Shown here: in pieces, positions 27,179-33,693 of the stretch
Numbering within the stretch: position 1 is the stretch's first letter
Layout: every line of letters starts with the position of its first letter
NCBI GenBank assembly: GCA_021399395.1
Contig: JAAFKJ010000146.1
Location: 1 to 33,693, forward strand
Reading direction: 5' to 3'
DNA from: Candidatus Heimdallarchaeota archaeon
Lineage (GTDB): Archaea > Asgardarchaeota > Heimdallarchaeia > Heimdallarchaeales > Heimdallarchaeaceae
DNA: 33,693 bases
Notes under the pieces: model-generated
The model's database searches: none
Seen by the model: only the letters and a program-made list of their open reading frames with translations
Told to the model about the DNA's origin: nothing
Position numbers and translations under genes: made by a program

Positions 27179-28891
27179 ATGTTCATTATGAAAACTACAG
27201 ATTCATCATCCGAAGCATTAATCCGTCAGAGAATGAGGTTTGAAGCACTAGGAAATGCTTTGAAGAGAGCTTCAAGTATGTCTTCAATGTTCAAAGTTAT
27301 GTTTGCCATTACTCTTATTTTCGGTTTACCTACACTTATTCTTTTGTCCAATCCTTTGAAAGATGGGACAACATTTGGTATTCAGTTACTAGTCTATGGT
27401 TCGAGAGTACTAATTGTTGCTTTAGCATTTTATTTGCTAGCAAGATTTACACCGGAGCTATATACAGCAAAAAATGATTTAAAAATAAAAATCGAAGAAA
27501 TAGGATATCAGCAAGCTGATACTAACTCTGTTGAAGAGAAAAATCTGCTAGTTCGTAACATCCTTTATAGTATCCTCAAAATACTAGTTTTCATTGCATC
27601 AGGTTTTGGTCTATTTCTAATAAGTTCAAGAGTGAATTATGGCTACATAATTGGACAACAAGCAATTTATCTTGCAGCTATAGTGATTATACTCGCTACA
27701 GTGAAATTCTGGAGTAACTCGAAACCCGACTATTCTCCAAGATTAGGCGGAAGGTTAATTGTTCTAGCTTTTGTACCAGCTACCTACTTTTGGGCTTTTG
27801 AGATAATAATTAATTTTTTCAGCGTTATCACAGAATCGAATATAAGATATAACTATACTCAATCGTCTTTTGGATTTGTATATCCTTTCGTAATTCTATT
27901 CTTGATTGTTGCAGTAATGATAACAACTAAGAAAACAATTAGAGAAAAAACTGCTTTACAAAATGCTAGAGAAAATGAATTTAAGAGAGTATCAACTTTC
28001 ATTGAAGAAAAGGGTATCTTCAGAAAATTGAAATATAAATATGATATCTGGTGGAATAAAGTATCTCAGAAAATATCACCAAAGTCAAGAAAAGAAAATT
28101 TGGATAGAAAACCAGGTTCAGTTTTTATTAATAGTATTTGGATTACACTCTTCGTCAGTGTTTTAGCAGTCGCATTTATAGTTCCTTGGAATATCTTCCC
28201 GCAAGATGCTATGCTATTCGTATCTGTTCTAATGATATCTTATCAATTTTCAATGATTAAATATGAAAGAGGAGAGATTGAAGTAATATCTGAACCTAAG
28301 AAAAATGAAGAAATTACCCCTCCTTCAATCAGGACTTATGAACTGTCAAAAATTACCTTAAGGCTTATTCTCTTACCTACAATAATATTTATTGTTACTC
28401 AATATGTTATGAGCGGAATACTTGGAGGTGGAATTCTTACTGCAGATAATAGGATGCTTATACTATTATTTACTTGGATAGCTGTTTTAATAGTGTTACC
28501 AACATCAGTTCAGATGATGATCCTTATATCGAGAGATTTGAAAGATAATCGTAAGTTTAAGAATTTTAAAATGTATTTCACATTATTCATTAATATCCTG
28601 ATATTAGAGTTAATTCTGTATGTAATAACTGTTGTCTCATACTTTGTAGCCTTACAATTCGATTTCCAATTCATCGATACAACAGCACTAATTCTTCAAG
28701 CGGTTATTGTTTTTGTTATGGTCATTTTACCCATAGTTTATTTGCTAATATCTACAAAATTAGATGATAAAGGTTACAGAATTTTGCAAATCTGTACTTG
28801 GGTTCTACTTGGGCTTATAGGTATAATAATCTTCGAAGAATTCCTACACTTTGTTATTGAAGGATACTTCTTGGTACAGTGGCCATGGTAA
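27179..28891 (+). CDS. Large hypothetical polytopic membrane protein (~13 TM)
   Basis: Many hydrophobic segments separated by basic loops. TTTATAAA box at 27152-27159. No family recognised. Confidence 0.8.
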   Translation: MFIMKTTDSSSEALIRQRMRFEALGNALKRASSMSSMFKVMFAITLIFGLPTLILLSNPLKDGTTFGIQLLVYGSRVLIVALAFYLLARFTPELYTAKNDLKIKIEEIGYQQADTNSVEEKNLLVRNILYSILKILVFIASGFGLFLISSRVNYGYIIGQQAIYLAAIVIILATVKFWSNSKPDYSPRLGGRLIVLAFVPATYFWAFEIIINFFSVITESNIRYNYTQSSFGFVYPFVILFLIVAVMITTKKTIREKTALQNARENEFKRVSTFIEEKGIFRKLKYKYDIWWNKVSQKISPKSRKENLDRKPGSVFINSIWITLFVSVLAVAFIVPWNIFPQDAMLFVSVLMISYQFSMIKYERGEIEVISEPKKNEEITPPSIRTYELSKITLRLILLPTIIFIVTQYVMSGILGGGILTADNRMLILLFTWIAVLIVLPTSVQMMILISRDLKDNRKFKNFKMYFTLFINILILELILYVITVVSYFVALQFDFQFIDTTALILQAVIVFVMVILPIVYLLISTKLDDKGYRILQICTWVLLGLIGIIIFEEFLHFVIEGYFLVQWPW

Positions 28892-28914
28892 GGATTTAAC
28901 TTACCAAATCGCTT

Positions 28915-29892
28915 TTATTTTTTCTTAAGATTTATGTAATTACTTAGTCTTTTGACAGGTTCTTCCATATTCGAATCTGCATAGAAGTGAAAGATTCCAT
29001 CTTTATTTGTAAAAGCTGAACAATCTCCTTTGTTGTTCATAGAAAGAATATGTAACACTCCTTCTTCTTTTATTTTCATTAAATCTGTAATTCCAGATCG
29101 TGTTGATTCGTCAAGAGGAAGTTTTCTCTCATATCTGTCAACTACTAATCTTGCAGTTGATAATCTTATAGCTAATTCTCCTGTTCCTGTACATGCTGCA
29201 CCAACTGTTTCAGAACAGTATATACCAGCTCCAAATAAAGGTGAATCACCAACTCTTCCAGGAAATTTCATAGCTAATCCTGAAGTTGAAACTCCGACTG
29301 CCAAATTATTATGTTTATCTAGTGCAATAACATTAGTTGTTCCATGTTTATCAAAACTTAGTTTTCTGTACCAATCTTTTACAGCGTATTTTTCCATAAC
29401 TTCCTTAAGATGATCATCAAATCTCATAAAAAGTTCTCTCACCAAAGTTTGAGCTTCTTGAGGCATTTCTAAACTTTTTCCTTCTATAATATTGTGGTAA
29501 TTTTTGATACCTAACTCATCAATAATATCTTCTTCAATAAAACCTAATGCACGTGCAAATTTCTCTGCTCCTTCTCCAACTAACATGACATGAGGAGAAA
29601 TTTCCATAACTTTCCGTGCAATACTTATAGGATGACGAAAATTTCTTACTGCTGCTATAGATCCAGCTTGTCTGGTTTTCCCATCCATAATTGAAGCATC
29701 CAGCTCTACTGTGCCAAGGAGATTAGGAAACCCATTAAAGCCCACTGTTATATCATAGGGGTTATTTTCGATTAATTTAATGCTCTCCTCAACAGCATCT
29801 AAAGCACTACCACCTTCTCTAAGAATCTTTAAACCAGCTGGTAAACCTACATCAGCGTTACGTGTACCACAAATTGCATAATCAAATTGCAT
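28915..29892 (-). CDS. Ntn-hydrolase: glycosylasparaginase / isoaspartyl peptidase family
   Basis: GGSALDAVE, VELDASIMDG, HPISIAR, HVMLVGEGA, HG-T nucleophile, STSG..KFPGRVGDSP, TGTGE motifs. Confidence 0.93.
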   Translation of the reverse strand: MQFDYAICGTRNADVGLPAGLKILREGGSALDAVEESIKLIENNPYDITVGFNGFPNLLGTVELDASIMDGKTRQAGSIAAVRNFRHPISIARKVMEISPHVMLVGEGAEKFARALGFIEEDIIDELGIKNYHNIIEGKSLEMPQEAQTLVRELFMRFDDHLKEVMEKYAVKDWYRKLSFDKHGTTNVIALDKHNNLAVGVSTSGLAMKFPGRVGDSPLFGAGIYCSETVGAACTGTGELAIRLSTARLVVDRYERKLPLDESTRSGITDLMKIKEEGVLHILSMNNKGDCSAFTNKDGIFHFYADSNMEEPVKRLSNYINLKKK

Positions 29893-29950
29893 TTATGTAA
29901 GAAAAAAATTAGAGTATAAAAAATGTACTCCATGAATTTTTTTGTCATAC

Positions 29951-30262
29951 AGTCATGTTGTGGGTGTTTTATAGAGGTCCTCATAAGATCTGGAAGATGA
30001 CTGGCTTGCAGTCTACACTCACTCTAAGGGACAATTCACGTGTCCTCCTACCCCGTTCACCATACGTTTAAGTATAGCTTTCGGATCGCTTGTTAGTTCC
30101 TCATTCATAGATGGGAGTATAGGAATGGATTCCATTTCTCTTGTACCTTGACCACAATCTATGGTGGGATGTGGTCGGCAAAGTCTACACGAGCGGTAAA
30201 CCCTGTTCCTATACTTTACAACTGTTTGTTCTATATAAACCCAACAAAAATGTAACATGACT
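29951..30262. ncRNA. Candidate ~310-nt structured non-coding RNA, family unassigned
   Basis: About 42% GC by manual count versus AT-rich flanks. Ends pair (AGTCATGTT/AACATGACT). Internal helices AGTATAGGAA/TTCCTATACT, GACCAC/GTGGTC, GACTG/CAGTC, GGACA/TGTCC. TATA-like boxes on both sides. Confidence 0.6.
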
Positions 30263-30357
30263 AGAAAACAGAATTACTTTATAAACACTAATAAAAACAA
30301 GTGAATTGTTGATTACAAAAAAATATCTTTAAGAATGCTTCCGGTAGAACCATCTTA

Positions 30358-31137
30358 ATGTCAGAATTAATGGTAGAATCAAAACAGCTTACGAAATATT
30401 TTAATTCACTTCTGGCTGTTGATAAAATTGATTTAAAAATACCAAAAGGCAAGATTTATGCTCTTCTGGGTCCAAATGGAGCTGGAAAAACAACAACTAT
30501 TCGTATGCTCTTAGGTCTTCTTAAACCTACATCTGGAGAGGTAATTGTAAATGGGGTGAATGTTTCAGTTGAACCTAAATCTATCAGAGGAGAAATTGGT
30601 ATACTTCCCCAGTTTTCAGCTGCATATTATGATCTAACTCCTATGCAAAATATCAATTTCATTCTTGAATTGAATAACATTCCTTATGATGAGGTGAAGG
30701 CTGCTTTAGGAGAATACTTCAAGACGTTGGATATCTCCTATGAATTGCTTAATAAACCATTTTCAAAGTTATCCGGAGGGGAACAAAGATCCATCAGTTT
30801 TATTATGGCTGCAATAACAAATAAGGAGTTCTTAATCCTCGATGAACCAACCTCGGGTTTGGACATTGCACGGGCTAAATATATTCGATCAATCATCAAA
30901 TACCTGGTTGAACAACAAGGAAAAACTGTCCTCCTATCTTCGCACATAGTGTCTGATTTAGAAGAACTTGCAGATTATTGTGGGATTTTGAAGAAAGGCA
31001 AATTAATCTTTCAAGGTAGAAAGGAGGAAATTATTAATGAATATGCTCCCGATTCTCAAGATTTTGAGGATGCAATTGTGAATGCCTTTGGTGCAAAAAC
31101 GAACATAGCTCAAACTTTTATGGGGGGAAGTAAATGA
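30358..31137 (+). CDS. ABC-2 type exporter ATP-binding subunit
   Basis: GPNGAGKTT, LSGGE, LILDEPTSGLD, SSH motifs. Confidence 0.95.
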   Translation: MSELMVESKQLTKYFNSLLAVDKIDLKIPKGKIYALLGPNGAGKTTTIRMLLGLLKPTSGEVIVNGVNVSVEPKSIRGEIGILPQFSAAYYDLTPMQNINFILELNNIPYDEVKAALGEYFKTLDISYELLNKPFSKLSGGEQRSISFIMAAITNKEFLILDEPTSGLDIARAKYIRSIIKYLVEQQGKTVLLSSHIVSDLEELADYCGILKKGKLIFQGRKEEIINEYAPDSQDFEDAIVNAFGAKTNIAQTFMGGSK

Positions 31138-32342
31138 AAAAAGAGAAAGAAAAATCAAAGCAGTTAAGGGCTCTCTTGAAAAAAGATCTTAGACTGCTCT
31201 TTCGTAAAAGAGTTGCGATTTTCGTTTTTGGTGGTCCCTTCATTATGATGTTTCTGTTAATTGGTTTACCATCTCTATTCAGTTCTCAACAAACTATGGT
31301 ATTGCTAATCTGTAGTGATGATCAGCTTTATTCTGGTGTGAATATTGGAAATGCAGTTGTGGATAATATTACAAACTATTTCTCTGTTGATCCATCCATT
31401 GAAGTCCAACCTGTATTAAATTTTTCAGCTGTAAAGGGGACAGAAAATTTCGGAATTTATATCCCATCAAATTTCTCGTTTCTTATAATCTCTGAAACAG
31501 ATACACCATCTTATTTTGAAGTAGATGCAACTCAATCACTGTTTTCAGAGAGCATTTTCAATACGATATATGCTATTACTCACAACGTTATTGCAACAGT
31601 TCTAGCAAACAGAACACTCCCCGTTATTCAGACTATAGAAGAACCCCCAACCTCATTACCTGAAGAACAACTATTGGGACCCAAAGCTGCAGCTATTGCA
31701 ATGCCTTTGAGTTATATGATATTTCTTCTAATAGCCTTAAATTCAGGTTCATACTCAAATATTGGTTTCGCAAGAGAAAAAAGAATGAGAACTATGGAAG
31801 TTTTATTATCTTATACAAAAAAACATAATCAACTAGTAATTTCAAAAACAATAACGGCACTAGTAGCATCTCTTGGTTCAACACTTTCTTATGTTCTTGG
31901 TATTGTAGCTGCTACAAGCTTAACTGGAGGCGGTTCAGAAGGAATTTTCGCGATATTTGGTCTGAACATGCAACTTCTAAATGTTTGGGATATTATAGTT
32001 GTTGTTATATTTGGAGTACTGGCGTTATTAATTTCAACTTTAATTACAATGGCTATAGATAGCAATATCACAAGAGAAGCTTCTGAAAGATTAAGCCCAT
32101 TATTATCCATAGGTTTGGCAATGTTTTTCTATTTTGTTGCAATGACCAACCCTTTAGGAGCATCTACAAGCTTAGTAATCAACCCCTTTTACTGGTGCTA
32201 TAGACTAGCTCTTCTGGCCATATCTGGTAAATTCAATTTTGAAATACTAATTTATCTAGCGTTGATTATAGCTATCATAGGATTACTGATTTTCTTTGCA
32301 ACAAGAGGTATTCAAAAAGAGAAAAGTCTCTATTTAGAGTAA
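31134..32342 (+). CDS. ABC-2 type permease (NatB-like)
   Basis: LLKKDLRLLFR, TM plus large external loop, AREKxxRTMEVLL, LVISK, further TMs. ATGA-type overlap region with the ATPase. Confidence 0.9.
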   Translation: MKKEKEKSKQLRALLKKDLRLLFRKRVAIFVFGGPFIMMFLLIGLPSLFSSQQTMVLLICSDDQLYSGVNIGNAVVDNITNYFSVDPSIEVQPVLNFSAVKGTENFGIYIPSNFSFLIISETDTPSYFEVDATQSLFSESIFNTIYAITHNVIATVLANRTLPVIQTIEEPPTSLPEEQLLGPKAAAIAMPLSYMIFLLIALNSGSYSNIGFAREKRMRTMEVLLSYTKKHNQLVISKTITALVASLGSTLSYVLGIVAATSLTGGGSEGIFAIFGLNMQLLNVWDIIVVVIFGVLALLISTLITMAIDSNITREASERLSPLLSIGLAMFFYFVAMTNPLGASTSLVINPFYWCYRLALLAISGKFNFEILIYLALIIAIIGLLIFFATRGIQKEKSLYLE

Positions 32343-32388
32343 TCTTTCTCTTCTTTTTTTATGATTAAAAACTAAATCTGAAAATAGC

Positions 32389-32868
32389 TCAAGCAGATGC
32401 GATTCCTATCCAAATGTAATAAGTTATGATGTCAACTACCAGAGCTGCAATAAATCCTAAAACTCCAAATAGAATGACCCATATATTTTGCTTTCTAAAA
32501 TCCTTCAACTCTTTGCTAGATTTTATTGAAGCTTGAGGAATTGATGGCTTTTGCTTGTATCTCATACCATTAACAACAATGACTGCTGCAATTATTATGT
32601 TAAAAATCATGATAAAAATATCAACTGGTCTGATTGATCCGATAGTCGAAGTCCAAAGACCGTAAACAGCAGAAGCTGCAAAAAATGGGGTTCCAATAAG
32701 ATAAGGGATAATATATTTGTTACTTAGTATCTCCCAGAATGAAATTGCTTCATTCTGACATCTAGAACATGTATAATCCTTCTCTAAAGACTTAGTATTG
32801 GTTCTTTGCCAAAAATAAATGTTCTTTTCACATTTAGGACAATAGTGAACCCTTTGAACAAATTTCAT
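32389..32868 (-). CDS. Small membrane protein with N-terminal zinc ribbon
   Basis: CPKC...CSRC at the N-terminus followed by three hydrophobic helices. Confidence 0.75.
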   Translation of the reverse strand: MKFVQRVHYCPKCEKNIYFWQRTNTKSLEKDYTCSRCQNEAISFWEILSNKYIIPYLIGTPFFAASAVYGLWTSTIGSIRPVDIFIMIFNIIIAAVIVVNGMRYKQKPSIPQASIKSSKELKDFRKQNIWVILFGVLGFIAALVVDIITYYIWIGIASA

Positions 32869-32919
32869 TGAACCAGATTTTACATGAATATTTTAACTGT
32901 TTCGACATTAGTATATATC

Positions 32920-33693
32920 TCAACTCTTTCGGCTTTTCAATGCATAAATAAGGATAGGAATGGCTGCTACTAACCGGATAACTGTAATGCTTATCAAGAA
33001 AATTCTTAGAATCATGAAAAAACTGTTGTCCATATACTCCATCCCATTTGTGAAATATCCGAATAGAATCCCACACAGAAAAGATCCACAAAAAGTTGCG
33101 ATACCCATCATAAGGTTGTATACTCCAGTATAAGCTCCTCTTGTTTCGGGATCTGCCATATCTAAAATTTCTGCACTTATGGCAACCATAATAGTTCCAT
33201 TACCATATCCTCCGAAGATATTTGCAATGATGATTATATACCAATATGAACTAAAAGCAAGAACTATTGGAACTAGAATTAATGAAGCAAGTCCTACAAC
33301 TATTGTCATTTTTCTGCCAATTTTGTTAACAATTTTTCTAGCGGATATTTGAGCTAAGGCCATTGAAGCAGAAAACACTGCCGATAAAATAGCAACTTCT
33401 GCACTACTTGGATCAAGTCTCTTAAGAACATAGGGCCCTAATGGCCAGAGAAAACTCATTACAAACCACCATACAAGAGTTACCGTGGTTAAAACTGTGA
33501 ATGATTTGTTCTGGAGTATCTTCTTGAATAATCGTAATTTGTTTTTCTGTTTGAATACATTTGTTTCTTTTAATGTAATAACAAAAATCGAAGCAAATGC
33601 AAATAGAAATGAACCACAGAACATCATAAATCTGTATTTATAATCTGTAAGACCTCCTGGAAAGATCCAGTAATTTTCTGGAAAAGGTAAATA
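32920..33693 (-). CDS. MFS transporter, 5'-truncated by the window edge
   Basis: Frame stays open from 33627 to the window end (YLPFPENYW...). C-terminal 6-TM half with KIVNKIGRK (motif A-like) and PETRGAYTGVYN. Confidence 0.88.
   Translation of the reverse strand, partial: YLPFPENYWIFPGGLTDYKYRFMMFCGSFLFAFASIFVITLKETNVFKQKNKLRLFKKILQNKSFTVLTTVTLVWWFVMSFLWPLGPYVLKRLDPSSAEVAILSAVFSASMALAQISARKIVNKIGRKMTIVVGLASLILVPIVLAFSSYWYIIIIANIFGGYGNGTIMVAISAEILDMADPETRGAYTGVYNLMMGIATFCGSFLCGILFGYFTNGMEYMDNSFFMILRIFLISITVIRLVAAIPILIYALKSRKS

Noticed and set aside
30019-30258. 79-aa minus-strand ORF
   Set aside because: Lies wholly inside the base-paired GC-rich element, with atypical composition and no recognisable motif; more likely a by-product.
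29951-30262. Direct call as RNase P RNA, SRP RNA, group I/II intron, hammerhead or cobalamin riboswitch
   Set aside because: Core motifs not found on either strand. GAGCGG..CTGTTC is too short for group II domain V, and TGAATGA..GAAA deviates from the hammerhead core.
1689-33091. Short shadow ORFs in the track (e.g. 1689-2018, 9015-9263, 10447-10749, 29030-29413, 32834-33091)
   Set aside because: Antisense or alternate-frame overlaps of well-supported genes.
1-33693. CRISPR array, transposase, integrase or provirus
   Set aside because: No regularly spaced repeats or mobile-element proteins seen.

Overview
AT-rich (roughly 30% GC by eye), densely coding archaeal chromosome segment. An Asgard, probably Heimdallarchaeia-like, origin is inferred from an Orc1/Cdc6, AMP phosphorylase, AlaX, a BHB-intron tRNA, TATA/GGTGA signals and eukaryote-signature-like proteins. 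About 34 CDSs, one intron-containing tRNA-Pro(GGG), and no recognisable transposase, integrase or CRISPR array. Metabolic and housekeeping genes: two alpha/beta hydrolases, DegV, LrpA-like regulator with peroxiredoxin, adenine deaminase, AlaX, AMP phosphorylase, GNAT, Cdc6, creatininase family, Ntn-asparaginase, ABC-2 exporter and an MFS. Three regions stand out. (1) 197-5233: two proteins with apparently catalytically dead Rab/Ras-like domains, one fused to a uDENN/longin-like domain, flank a triplicated membrane-protein operon. (2) 19380-25454: a surface vWA protein plus a receptor-like single-pass RING protein are transcribed divergently from a wHTH + MinD/ParA + membrane-protein operon, with a perfect 20-bp palindrome and a second degenerate copy between them. 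(3) 29951-30262: a ~310-nt, relatively GC-rich, end-paired intergenic element that looks like a large structured ncRNA but lacks clear RNase P or SRP signatures. All family calls are from motif recognition by eye; no database search was run.
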